Source of the DNA: an uncultured Bacilli bacterium
GTDB taxonomy: Bacteria > Bacillota_I > Bacilli_A > RF39 > UBA660
DNA length: 49,950 nt
Direction of reading: 5' to 3'
Assembly (NCBI GenBank): GCA_944331835.1
Contig: CALVIU010000001.1
Location: 1 to 49,950 of the forward strand
Positions within the stretch are counted from its first letter, which is position 1. Every line of letters begins with the position of its first letter. Position numbers and translations under genes: made by a program. Of this stretch, positions 36,239-45,827 are shown in pieces. The notes beneath the pieces were generated by a model. It had not been told where the DNA came from and did not search any database. It saw only the letters and a list, made by a program, of their open reading frames with translations.

Positions 36239-39200
36239 TGTTAATATTTAAAAATGCTCTTAAAAAAATTAAAAATCAGTTAGGAAGATTTATTTCTCTT
36301 GTATTTATTGTAGCCCTTGGTTCAGCATTTTTCGCCGGTGTCCGTGAAACATCTTCTGACATGATTAAAACTCTGGATGAATACTATGATGAAACTAATC
36401 TTATGGACTTTCGTATTGTTAGTACCATGGGCCTTACCGACGATGATTTAAATGCCTTAAAAGAATTGGATAATTCCTATATTGTCGAAGAAAACTACTC
36501 TTACGAAACAGTAATTGATGGTGATGCCACTAAAATCTATGGCTTAACTGAAAACATCAACAATGTAACTCTAATTGATGGAACTATGCCTCAAAATAAT
36601 AATGAATGTTTAGTTATGGAAGGTTCATACAATATCGGTGATACCATCACTATCGAAGATAGTAATTATACTGATTATCTAAGCACTAATACTTTTAAAG
36701 TAACAGGTATAGTAAGAAGTAGCATGTATATCTATAAAAACTTTGGAATCTCAACTGTTTCCGATGGTAAACTAGATAATGTTATTTATATACCTAAAGA
36801 TACATTTACTTTAGAATACTATACCGAAATTTATTTAATTGCTAAGGAATCTCAAGATGCTACATCATACGAAGATGACTATCAAGAACAAATTTCTTCT
36901 TTACTTGCAGAATTAGAAGAACTTGCTCCAATTCAAGAAACCAAGAGATATGAGCAAATTAAAACTGAAGCCATGGAGAGTATCTATGACGCTCGCGAGG
37001 AATTAGATAAAACAAAAGAGGAAAATGAAAAAAAATTTGCTGATGCACTAGCAGAACTCAATAGCGCCCAACGGGAAATTAATAATGGTTACAACGAAAT
37101 AGAATCCGGCCTTAGTGAACTAGAAAATAAAAGAATATCTATTGAACAAGAATTCGCCACTCAAGAAGCAACTTTAAATGATAGTCTTAACACTATTAAC
37201 ACTACACTTTCATCACTAGGTATCCCTACTACTAGTATTAATGATTCTCTTAATGCTTTAAATACTCAAGTAACTAATATTAAAAATATATTGAACACTT
37301 TAGATCCAACCAGTGAAGAATATGCCTATTACAATAACATTCTTACTAATTTAAATACCTTAATTACTAGTTTAAATGAAATTAATAACGGATTTAATTC
37401 ATTAAACGAAGGAAAAAACACTTGGAATAATACCTATAACGAAACATTAAATACTTTAAATGAAAATAAAGCAACCCTAGATGAATCCCAAATAACACTT
37501 AATAATTCATTTAATGAATATAATGAAAACTATGCATTATTTCAAGATGAAATAAATAAAGGACTTCAAGAAATAGCAGATGCTGAAGCTGAAATTGCAA
37601 CCCTAGAAAAACCTGAATGGTATTTATTTGACCGTGAAGATAACTCTGGCTATACTACATTTTTAGAATCAGCCACTAAAATAGATTCTATTGCTGCTGT
37701 ATTTCCAATATTCTTCATTGCTGTTGCTTTTCTAATGTGCCTTAACACTATGACAAGAATGATCGAAGAAGAAAGAACTGAAATTGGTATATTTACATCA
37801 CTCGGTATTAGTAAATATAAAATTATATTAAGTTATGCATTCTATGTTTTACTAGCAACATCCCTAGGTATTATCATTGGTTTATCTATTGGATACACAG
37901 TAATTCCCCATATACTATATAATGTCTATACTAATGCCTTTATCTTACCTAGTCTTAAAACTTACGCTAATATTCCAGTATGCATAACTATTATTGAAGT
38001 ATGCTTACTAACAATGAGCCTAGTTACAATTTATGCCGTAAATAGGAACTTCAAATATGCTCCAGCTACTCTACTAAGACCAGTCAGTCCTAAAAGCGGT
38101 CGTAAAGTATTACTTGAAAAAATAAACTTTATTTGGAAACGCATATCTTTTTCTTGGAAAGTTACATTTCGTAATCTATTCCGTTATAAAAAAAGAATTA
38201 TCATGACTCTCATTGGTATCTCTGGTTGTACCGCTCTTCTTTTAACAGGCTTCGGAATTCGTGATAGTATATCTAAAATTCTAGATATTCAGTTTAAAGA
38301 AATTCAAACTTATGATTCTATGCTTATTCTAAATGAAGAATTAACTTCTCCAAGTAATGAAATAAATAGCCACTTACAAAATGAAGGTATAGAAAATCCC
38401 CTATATACTCATATGGAAACATTGACATTTAGAACTGATAACAAAACTATCGATTGCTATGCCTTAGGATTTGAAACAACAGAAATTGATGAATATTTCC
38501 ATCTAACTGACACAAATAACAATCCATTAACTTTATCAGATAATGGTGCCATAGTAACTGAAAAAATTGCTGATTTATTAGATGTATCCAACGGAGATAC
38601 TATAACTCTAAGGGACAGCAATAACGAAATATACATCGTAAAAATCGCTGGCATTAGTAAAAATTATATCAACAATTACATTTATATGAGTAAAGAATAC
38701 TATGACATAGCTTTTAGAGATATAACTTATAATACTATTATAACCAACATAGATAACAAAGGAGATACTCTTCTTAATAGTAATTACTTTAGTAACATTC
38801 AATATACCGAAGATAGCATATCGATGTTACAAGATATAATTGATAGTATGAATAGTATCGTATTTTTAATAATTGGCTTTTCTTCATTCCTAGCCATAAC
38901 TGTTTTATATAATTTAACAACAATTAATATCAGTGAAAGACTACGAGAAATTGCCACTTTAAAAGTACTTGGATTTAATGATAAAGAAATATCCATGTAT
39001 GTTTATAGAGAAACTATAATACTTACTATAATTGGCATATTTATTGGTATATTCTTTGGATTTGCTTTAAATTATTTTGTTTTAACAGTTGCTGAAACAG
39101 ATGAACTAATCTTTATTAAAGACATAAACTACTTAAGTTACATCTACGCCTTATTAATAATGATTATATTTACTATTGTTGTTCAACTAATAACATCATT

Positions 39201-39249
39201 TATTTTAAAGAAAATTAATATGATAGATTCTTTAAAATCAGTTGAATAG
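36238..39249 (+). CDS. FtsX-family ABC permease with two FtsX modules and a ~250-aa coiled-coil N/T/L-rich ectodomain insert
   Basis: The TM1-ectodomain-3TM unit occurs twice. The start is moved to the ATG at 36238, which overlaps the ATPase stop (TAATG). Confidence 0.85.
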   Translation: MLIFKNALKKIKNQLGRFISLVFIVALGSAFFAGVRETSSDMIKTLDEYYDETNLMDFRIVSTMGLTDDDLNALKELDNSYIVEENYSYETVIDGDATKIYGLTENINNVTLIDGTMPQNNNECLVMEGSYNIGDTITIEDSNYTDYLSTNTFKVTGIVRSSMYIYKNFGISTVSDGKLDNVIYIPKDTFTLEYYTEIYLIAKESQDATSYEDDYQEQISSLLAELEELAPIQETKRYEQIKTEAMESIYDAREELDKTKEENEKKFADALAELNSAQREINNGYNEIESGLSELENKRISIEQEFATQEATLNDSLNTINTTLSSLGIPTTSINDSLNALNTQVTNIKNILNTLDPTSEEYAYYNNILTNLNTLITSLNEINNGFNSLNEGKNTWNNTYNETLNTLNENKATLDESQITLNNSFNEYNENYALFQDEINKGLQEIADAEAEIATLEKPEWYLFDREDNSGYTTFLESATKIDSIAAVFPIFFIAVAFLMCLNTMTRMIEEERTEIGIFTSLGISKYKIILSYAFYVLLATSLGIIIGLSIGYTVIPHILYNVYTNAFILPSLKTYANIPVCITIIEVCLLTMSLVTIYAVNRNFKYAPATLLRPVSPKSGRKVLLEKINFIWKRISFSWKVTFRNLFRYKKRIIMTLIGISGCTALLLTGFGIRDSISKILDIQFKEIQTYDSMLILNEELTSPSNEINSHLQNEGIENPLYTHMETLTFRTDNKTIDCYALGFETTEIDEYFHLTDTNNNPLTLSDNGAIVTEKIADLLDVSNGDTITLRDSNNEIYIVKIAGISKNYINNYIYMSKEYYDIAFRDITYNTIITNIDNKGDTLLNSNYFSNIQYTEDSISMLQDIIDSMNSIVFLIIGFSSFLAITVLYNLTTINISERLREIATLKVLGFNDKEISMYVYRETIILTIIGIFIGIFFGFALNYFVLTVAETDELIFIKDINYLSYIYALLIMIIFTIVVQLITSFILKKINMIDSLKSVE

Positions 39250-39251
39250 AA

Positions 39252-39287
39252 AATAACCTCGAAATCACCTTGAGGTTATTTATATTT
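39252..39287 (+). terminator. Terminator after the ABC permease
   Basis: Perfect 9-bp stem AATAACCTC/GAGGTTATT followed by T-rich sequence. Confidence 0.7.
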
Positions 39288-39335
39288 GTCGTAACGTTTA
39301 CTTCTTACTTAACTCTGGACAGTTTTTAAAATAAA

Positions 39336-39360
39336 AGTTAGAGGAATTATACCTCTAACT
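39336..39360. terminator. Second perfect 9-bp hairpin in the same gap (orientation unclear)
   Basis: AGTTAGAGG-AATTATA-CCTCTAACT, flanked by A/T runs on both sides. Confidence 0.35.
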
Positions 39361-39461
39361 TAAAATTATTCTTAATTTCTTACCTTCTATTCTTTTTGGT
39401 ATTATCAAAGCTATGTATATTGCGTCTTCAGATATTGCTAATTCTTTATCTGGTGAATATA

Positions 39462-39719
39462 ATGAACCAAATTAAATTCTATCAAAAAACGCATATAGAT
39501 TTTGGCATAATAAACATTTTAATCCTTATATATTATGGGATAAAATTATTTTTTATATTATTAATTCCTGCGTTGTTAAACATAATTCTAATAAAGTTTA
39601 CCTTACTTTTGATTACATATTTTCTCATTTTTCTTATTTTTCTCCATTGTATTAGGAAAATAGAAAAAACAATCTTAATTTTTGAGATTGTCATTTATTT
39701 TTTAACAAAAGCAATTTAA
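39462..39719 (+). CDS. Possible 85-aa multi-TM hydrophobic protein
   Basis: An ATG at 39462 is preceded by GGTGA. The sequence is very AT-rich and I/L/F-rich, so it could be a compositional artefact. Confidence 0.3.
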   Translation: MNQIKFYQKTHIDFGIINILILIYYGIKLFFILLIPALLNIILIKFTLLLITYFLIFLIFLHCIRKIEKTILIFEIVIYFLTKAI

Positions 39720-39788
39720 ACCACATGTAGTTAACTTGTAAATTTACAATTATCATATTTACAAATGATGTTTTTGTAATACTAAAAA

Positions 39789-40343
39789 TTAACAAATTTG
39801 CACAAAACAATCTTCCAAACCAGTAAAATCGCTTTCTGTAACATTTAATATATGAAAAGGTATTTTTTCTACAATATACTTATTTAAATCCCCAACAATC
39901 CAATCATCAAAAATATCATGAGGATCTTCTACTATAAAATAATTTCCAATCAAAGCATTACAAAATACACAATTATTAGATGTACAATATTTATTTTGTG
40001 TTTTACTAAAATTTCTATTAATTGTCTTATAATTCTTTTTTAAATATTCATCGATAGGTGAAACAGAATCTAAACCTAAATTATCTAATTCCACATATTT
40101 ATCCATATATGGCTTTATTTGCTTGTTTATAAAATAAGTATAAACCATTGTTTTTTTATGACATTTCCAACATTCATGTTCCCATCCATAAATATTAATT
40201 CCATCTTGTTTCAAAATTGCATATAAAATTTTATTTAGTTTTATAGTATTTCTACAACTAGGAAATCTATTACAAGCCCCAAATAATCCATATTGACCAA
40301 GTTTTATAATCATATTTCCCTGACCACATTTTTCGCATTTCAT
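39789..40343 (-). CDS. Zinc-finger protein: N-terminal topoisomerase-type C4 zinc finger plus an uncharacterised Cys-containing C-terminal domain
   Basis: CEKCGQGNMIIKLGQYGLFGACNRFPSCRNT fits the zf-C4_Topoisom pattern (CxxC...G.F..C..yP.C). A second CWKC...CVFC pair follows. SD GGAGGTGATGA upstream. Confidence 0.6.
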   Translation of the reverse strand: MKCEKCGQGNMIIKLGQYGLFGACNRFPSCRNTIKLNKILYAILKQDGINIYGWEHECWKCHKKTMVYTYFINKQIKPYMDKYVELDNLGLDSVSPIDEYLKKNYKTINRNFSKTQNKYCTSNNCVFCNALIGNYFIVEDPHDIFDDWIVGDLNKYIVEKIPFHILNVTESDFTGLEDCFVQIC

Positions 40344-40392
40344 TAATCATCACCTCCATTTTATTATATCAAACAAACATTTTTTAACAATT

Positions 40393-40416
40393 TAAAAAGC
40401 GCTAACTAATAGCGCC
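40393..40416 (-). terminator. Rho-independent terminator after the nrdD glycyl-radical fragment
   Basis: The minus strand reads GCGCTA-TTAGT-TAGCGC followed by T5. Confidence 0.8.
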
Positions 40417-40436
40417 TTCTTTCAATTAACTAATTG

Positions 40437-40628
40437 TTATTTTTCACAAGAGCAAGAAGCAAAAGTATGTTTAACTCTATCATGTTCTTCAGCTCTCTTA
40501 GCATTATTAAATCTATCAACAGTACCAACTAAGTATCCAGTTATTCTTCTGATACTTTCAAAACCTACTCCTTCTCCAGTCATTCTTTCTTTTTTAACTT
40601 CTTCTGTAACAACCTTTTCATTTTTCAT
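40437..40628 (-). CDS. nrdD: Detached C-terminal glycyl-radical domain of the anaerobic ribonucleotide reductase (63 aa)
   Basis: SIRRITGYLVGTVDRFNNAKRAEEHDRVKH matches the class III RNR glycyl-radical signature (RxxGYxG ... R.KH). Its ATG lies 6 nt after, and in frame with, the TAA that ends the 772-aa ORF. Confidence 0.75.
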   Translation of the reverse strand: MKNEKVVTEEVKKERMTGEGVGFESIRRITGYLVGTVDRFNNAKRAEEHDRVKHTFASCSCEK

Positions 40629-40634
40629 AATATA

Positions 40635-42953
40635 TTATTCCTTCCCTTCTAATCTTTTTAATAAATCTACACTAACCGGTTCCCCAGCTCTTCTACCACA
40701 TCTTGGGCAGACATCCTTAATAATTCCAATATAACCACATACTGGATCTCTATCTACTGGATGATTAATTGCTCCATATCCAATATCACTATCATGCATT
40801 ACTCTAACAATACTTTCAAATGCTTCTAAGTTATCTGATGGATCTCCATCAAGTTCAATATAGCTTATATGTCCAGCATTTGTATATTTATGATATACTC
40901 CTTCGATAGCAAGTTTATCTGCTATTGAAATATTATAGTATACTGGTACATGGAATGAATTTGTATAATATGCTCTATCAGTTACTCCTGGTATCTTACC
41001 ATAAATATCTCTATCAATATTTACAAATCTACCAGAAAGACTTTCAGCTGGAGTTGCTAGCAATGTAAAATTCAAATTATATTTTTCTGAATATTCATCA
41101 CATCTTTTTCTCATATGAGAAATAATTTCTTCTCCTAATTTTTGAGCTTCTTTACTTTCTCCATGATGTTTACCAATTAACGCTTTCAAGCATTCCGCAA
41201 GACCAATAAATCCAATTGAAAGGGTTCCATGTTTCAATACCTTCTTAACTTTATCATTTATTTTAAGTTTATCACTATCCATCCAAACACCTTGTCCCAT
41301 TAAAAATGGAAAATTATAAACTCTTTTATTACATTGAACTTCAAATCTTTCTAACAATTGATCTTTTACCAAATCCATTAGTTCATCAAGTTCTTCATAG
41401 AATCCCTTCATATCAGCCTTATCTAAAGCATTAGCTCCAACAATACCATGTTTAATACCTAGTCTTGGCAAATTCATTGAAGTAAATGATAAATTACCTC
41501 TCCCTGGTGTAATTTGTTTATCCGGATCTACTACATTACCAAGAACCCTAGTACGACAACCCATATAACCTACTTCTGTTCGATAATCATCAGGTTTATA
41601 ATATGGTTTATTAAAACTTGAATCTAAGAATGACCAGTTAGGAAATAATCTTTTGGCAGATACTCTTAAACTTAATTTAAATAAATCATAGTTAGGATCT
41701 TCTGAATTATAGTTAACTCCTTCTTTTACTTTAAATATTGATATTGGAAATATTGGAGTTTCACCATGACCAAGTCCTGCTTCTGCTGCTAACATATAAT
41801 TTTTTGTAACCATTCTTCCTTCACTTGATGTATCTGTCCCAAAGTTTATTGAAGAAAATGGTACTTGTGCCCCTGCTCTTGAATGCATTGTATTTAAATT
41901 ATGAACAAAAGCTTCCATTGCTTGATATGTTCTCTTATCAGTTTTTTCTTTAGCTTTATTAATAGACATTTCAAACATTCTTTTTAATTGTTCTGAATTC
42001 TTATAGAACTTTTCAAAATAATCAACTGTAATATCTATAGTATTAATCTTACTAATTTCTCTTTCTAAAACATTTGAATTAATAAAATCGTTTATATCTT
42101 CAAAATCGATATAATCATTAATCATTTGTTTTAACATTTTCTTAAATGTTTTTAAAACCCCTGGAGCTAAATAATAATCAAATGCTGGAATACTTTGACC
42201 ACCATGTTGATCATTTTGATTTGATTGAATAGCTATCGCTGCTAAAGCTGAATAAGACATAATATCATTTGGTTCTCTTAAGTGTCCATGACCTGTTGAA
42301 AAACCATTTTTAAATAACTTATCCAAATCAATTTGCATACAAGTTGTTGTACCCATTGCTAGGAAATCCATATCATGAATATGAATATAACCATCATCAT
42401 GAGCATCAGCAAACTTTTTCTTCATTAAATAAGTCTTCGAAAATTCCTTTGATACATTAGAACCAAATTGTAACATTGTACCCATTGCTGAGTTACCATC
42501 AATATTACCATTTTCTCTTTTTGTATCATCTTCTGCAGCACTCTTTAAAGCTAAACCTTCTAAAGTTTTCAAAAACTTATGACTTCTCTTATCTTCTGTA
42601 AAAGCTGCTCTTGATTGTGCTCTTTTATCTCGATAATCAGAAAAACTTTCAAAAACATCTTCAAATCCATCTTTCTTTAAAGTATCTTCGATAATATCTT
42701 GAATCTCTTCAATTTTAATTCTTTCCTTATCTTGATAATCTTTTTTAATTGTTTCGATAACATCCTGATAAACACGCTGAATTTCATTTGAACCATACTT
42801 AGTTCTTTCTTCGCCATCGTCATCAGTTTCTTTAATGCTATCAAAGCCTTTTTTAATAGCCATAGCTATTTTGGTTCCATTAAAACCAACCTTTGAACCA
42901 TTTCTTTTGACAACTTTAATTGTCTCAAAAAATTCATCTTCTAAATTTGGCAT
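40635..42953 (-). CDS. nrdD: Anaerobic ribonucleoside-triphosphate reductase NrdD, catalytic body (772 aa) ending after the Zn-ribbon
   Basis: N-terminal ATP-cone (VVKRNGSKVGFNGTKIAMAI). Class III RNR blocks follow (GTTTCMQIDL, GNLSFTSMNLPR, YYTNSFHVPV). The C-terminus is PVCGYIGIIKDVCPRCG. Confidence 0.9.
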   Translation of the reverse strand: MPNLEDEFFETIKVVKRNGSKVGFNGTKIAMAIKKGFDSIKETDDDGEERTKYGSNEIQRVYQDVIETIKKDYQDKERIKIEEIQDIIEDTLKKDGFEDVFESFSDYRDKRAQSRAAFTEDKRSHKFLKTLEGLALKSAAEDDTKRENGNIDGNSAMGTMLQFGSNVSKEFSKTYLMKKKFADAHDDGYIHIHDMDFLAMGTTTCMQIDLDKLFKNGFSTGHGHLREPNDIMSYSALAAIAIQSNQNDQHGGQSIPAFDYYLAPGVLKTFKKMLKQMINDYIDFEDINDFINSNVLEREISKINTIDITVDYFEKFYKNSEQLKRMFEMSINKAKEKTDKRTYQAMEAFVHNLNTMHSRAGAQVPFSSINFGTDTSSEGRMVTKNYMLAAEAGLGHGETPIFPISIFKVKEGVNYNSEDPNYDLFKLSLRVSAKRLFPNWSFLDSSFNKPYYKPDDYRTEVGYMGCRTRVLGNVVDPDKQITPGRGNLSFTSMNLPRLGIKHGIVGANALDKADMKGFYEELDELMDLVKDQLLERFEVQCNKRVYNFPFLMGQGVWMDSDKLKINDKVKKVLKHGTLSIGFIGLAECLKALIGKHHGESKEAQKLGEEIISHMRKRCDEYSEKYNLNFTLLATPAESLSGRFVNIDRDIYGKIPGVTDRAYYTNSFHVPVYYNISIADKLAIEGVYHKYTNAGHISYIELDGDPSDNLEAFESIVRVMHDSDIGYGAINHPVDRDPVCGYIGIIKDVCPRCGRRAGEPVSVDLLKRLEGKE

Positions 42954-43261
42954 TTACTACACCCTACCTTCCTTACGATTTCATTATAGTATAGAGATTT
43001 TAAAAAGTCTATCATTTTTTAAAAAAATAATTTTTTCATTTTTTTAAAATTCTCAGTTTTCACCTAATTTATCTAGCAACTCGTTTTGTAAAAAACGCTG
43101 TTTTTTCAGCATATATAAGCCAAAAATCAAACCTTTATCAAAAAAAATACATTTTTTACATTTTTTTACTTTTTCAAATTTTGATTTTTTGCAAAATTTA
43201 CATATCAAGAATTTTACACTTTTTTTCTCATAGTAAATTATTTGAAAAATTTACTAATTTA

Positions 43262-43289
43262 TTGCAGTTTTTAGATATTTTGTTATAAT
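43262..43289 (+). promoter_or_regulatory. Candidate murC promoter
   Basis: TTGCAG, N16, TATAAT, with TG at the extended -10 position. Confidence 0.5.
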
Positions 43290-43314
43290 ATAGTAGAACT
43301 TAAGGAGGTAAATT

Positions 43315-44679
43315 ATGTTTCAAAATAAAACTATCCATTTTATTGGTATCGGAGGCATTTCGATGAGTGGAATCGCCGAAATTGTTAAATCACTCGGAGC
43401 TAATGTCACAGGAAGTGATATCACCGAAAGTGAACTTACCCAAAAATTATCTGAAGACGGTATGGCTATCAAATATGGTCATCATCCTGAAATGATTGAG
43501 AATGCTGATATTGTTGTTTATACTGCAGCCATTCATGAAGATGATCCTGAACGAATTGAAACTAAAAAACTTAACAAAGAAAATTATGAACGTGCGGAAT
43601 TTCTAGGAATCATATCCCAAGAATATCAAAATTGTCTATGCATATCTGGAACTCATGGCAAAAGCACCACTACTGGTATGGTCTCTTTAATATTTCTTGA
43701 AGCCAAATTAAGTCCGACGATTCAAATCGGTGCTATGCTATCCCAAATAAATGGCAATACCTACATCGGAGATAACAATTATTTAATTATGGAATCATGT
43801 GAATATGTCGATTCATTCCTTCATTTTCATCCTACAGGTATAATTATTACCAACATTGATAATGATCACTTAGATTATTTTAAAAACTTAGATAATATTA
43901 AAAAGTCATTTAATAAATATGTTAATTTACTACCTGAAAATGGTATCCTAGTCAAAAATAATGATGATACTAATTCTAATAATATCGAAAATGGTTATGA
44001 AGGAAAAATAATTACCTATGGTATAAAAAATAATTCCGACTTTATGGCTAAAAATATTAGTAAAAATGATTTAGGTCATTATAGTTTTGATATCTACTAT
44101 CATGATGAATTATTAACAACAATCAATTTAAATATAAATGGCTATCATAACGTTTATAATACTCTTGCAGCATTTGCTTTAAGTTATAATTATATTAAGG
44201 ATATTAATACAATTAAAAATGGTTTAGAAAAATATCGTGGTGTAGGAAGAAGATTTGAATACCTTGGGACATATAATGGGGCTTATATTTATGATGATTA
44301 TGCTCATCACCCTACTGAAATTAAAACGACTTTAGAATCAGTTAAAGAAGTTAAGCATAATAAAGACTATTGCATATTCCAATCTCATACTTACTCTAGA
44401 ACTAAAGAACACCTCGATGCTTTCGCTGATGTATTATCCAAATTTGACAATATCATCATTGCCCCAATCTATCCTGCTAGAGAAATAAATACTTTTAATA
44501 TTAGTGAAGATATGTTAGTAGATAAAATAAAAGAAAAGAATCCTAACGTAATATATTTAGATTCATTTGCTAAAATAACTGATTATATAAAAAATAACGT
44601 GCAAGAAAAAGATTTAGTTATCACCGTTGGAGCAGGACCAGTTAATAAAATAAGTCAAGATTTAGTTAAAGAAAACTAA
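43315..44679 (+). CDS. murC: UDP-N-acetylmuramate--L-alanine ligase
   Basis: Motifs HFIGIGGISMSGIA, GTHGKSTTT and DDYAHHPTEI. SD AAGGAGG upstream. Confidence 0.9.
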   Translation: MFQNKTIHFIGIGGISMSGIAEIVKSLGANVTGSDITESELTQKLSEDGMAIKYGHHPEMIENADIVVYTAAIHEDDPERIETKKLNKENYERAEFLGIISQEYQNCLCISGTHGKSTTTGMVSLIFLEAKLSPTIQIGAMLSQINGNTYIGDNNYLIMESCEYVDSFLHFHPTGIIITNIDNDHLDYFKNLDNIKKSFNKYVNLLPENGILVKNNDDTNSNNIENGYEGKIITYGIKNNSDFMAKNISKNDLGHYSFDIYYHDELLTTINLNINGYHNVYNTLAAFALSYNYIKDINTIKNGLEKYRGVGRRFEYLGTYNGAYIYDDYAHHPTEIKTTLESVKEVKHNKDYCIFQSHTYSRTKEHLDAFADVLSKFDNIIIAPIYPAREINTFNISEDMLVDKIKEKNPNVIYLDSFAKITDYIKNNVQEKDLVITVGAGPVNKISQDLVKEN

Positions 44680-44737
44680 ATCTTTTTCATTTGCCAAAAG
44701 TAGTACAAAAGAAATAATTGAATAAAATCAAAACGAC

Positions 44738-45739
44738 TTAGTTTCCACCAACCAAGTCGTTCTTTAATTTATTTCGATATTTTTCTAGTACATTCAAAAT
44801 TTCCGTACTAGTTTTACATTCACATATTTGTTTCTTTATTTCTTTATTCTCTGGTAAACCCTTTAAATAATTGAGAATATGTCCACGCATCTCTAAAACT
44901 GCTTGTTTTTCACATTTATCTTTTATTAATTCTTGTAAATGATATTCCATCATATTGATTCTTTCATCACACATAATATTTTTAGGTTCTTCTCCACTTT
45001 CCAAATAATTAACACATTCTCTAATTAACCAAGGATTCCCCATAACACCCCGTCCAATCATAACAGCAATGCACCCAGTCTCATCAAGCATTCTCTTAGC
45101 ATCGTAACAAGACAAAATATCGCCATTACCTATGACAGGAATTTTAACTGACCCAACTACATCTTTAATTATTTGCCAGTTTGCTTTACCACTATAGCCC
45201 TGAGTCCTAGTCCGTGCATGAATTGCTATTGCCTTGGCTCCTGCTCTTTCAATAATCTTGGCTACTTCACAAGCATTGATACTAGAATCATCCCAACCGC
45301 TACGAATCTTTACAGTAACTGGAACATTTACTGCTGCAACTACCGCTGATACAATTTTTTCTATTCTATCTGGATTTTTAAGAAGAGCACTTCCTGCTTC
45401 ATTTTTTAAAGCAACTTTTGGAACAGGGCACCCCATATTAATATCGATTATTGCCTTAGGATATAATTCATTTATAATCTTTGCAGCATTAGCCATAACT
45501 TCAGGATTAGATCCAAATATTTGAATTGCAACAGGAACTTTCAAATTTTCAATTCCCTTTAACATTTCTAATGTCTTTTGATTATTACGGGATATAGCCT
45601 CAGCACTAATAAGCTCCGTAACTACATAACCCACACCCATATCTTCACATATCTTCATATATGTTGGATTAGAAACTCCTGCCATCGGAGCTAAAACCAC
45701 TTGATTTTTTATTTCAATATTACCAATATTCCATTTCAT
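44738..45739 (-). CDS. dusB: tRNA-dihydrouridine synthase (DusB-like)
   Basis: Motifs VVLAPMAGVSN, DINMGCP and IPVIGNGDI. The start is moved to the ATG at 45739, which is preceded by AAGGTGG. Confidence 0.85.
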   Translation of the reverse strand: MKWNIGNIEIKNQVVLAPMAGVSNPTYMKICEDMGVGYVVTELISAEAISRNNQKTLEMLKGIENLKVPVAIQIFGSNPEVMANAAKIINELYPKAIIDINMGCPVPKVALKNEAGSALLKNPDRIEKIVSAVVAAVNVPVTVKIRSGWDDSSINACEVAKIIERAGAKAIAIHARTRTQGYSGKANWQIIKDVVGSVKIPVIGNGDILSCYDAKRMLDETGCIAVMIGRGVMGNPWLIRECVNYLESGEEPKNIMCDERINMMEYHLQELIKDKCEKQAVLEMRGHILNYLKGLPENKEIKKQICECKTSTEILNVLEKYRNKLKNDLVGGN

Positions 45740-45827
45740 ATTTACCACCTTAAAATTAAAGTAAAAATTCTAATCTAATTTATCATATTTACCCATTTTT
45801 GTCTAGCAAATAAATATTTTCTTTATC

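Noticed and set aside
38457-38996. Three consecutive minus-strand ORFs inside the FtsX permease gene
   Set aside because: They are shadow ORFs; the plus-strand reading frame is continuous and carries the FtsX TM architecture.
39396-39461. TTG-initiated 5' extension of the 107-aa hydrophobic ORF
   Set aside because: It has no SD. The internal ATG at 39462 has a weak GGTGA, and even that shorter ORF is only a low-confidence call.
42954-43314. Search for NrdR boxes or a cobalamin/other riboswitch in the nrdD-murC divergent region
   Set aside because: I found only A/T-rich repeats (TTTTTAC-type) and a 7-bp inverted repeat AGTAAAT/ATTTACT. Nothing fits the 16-bp NrdR palindrome as I remember it, and there are no GC-rich structured blocks.
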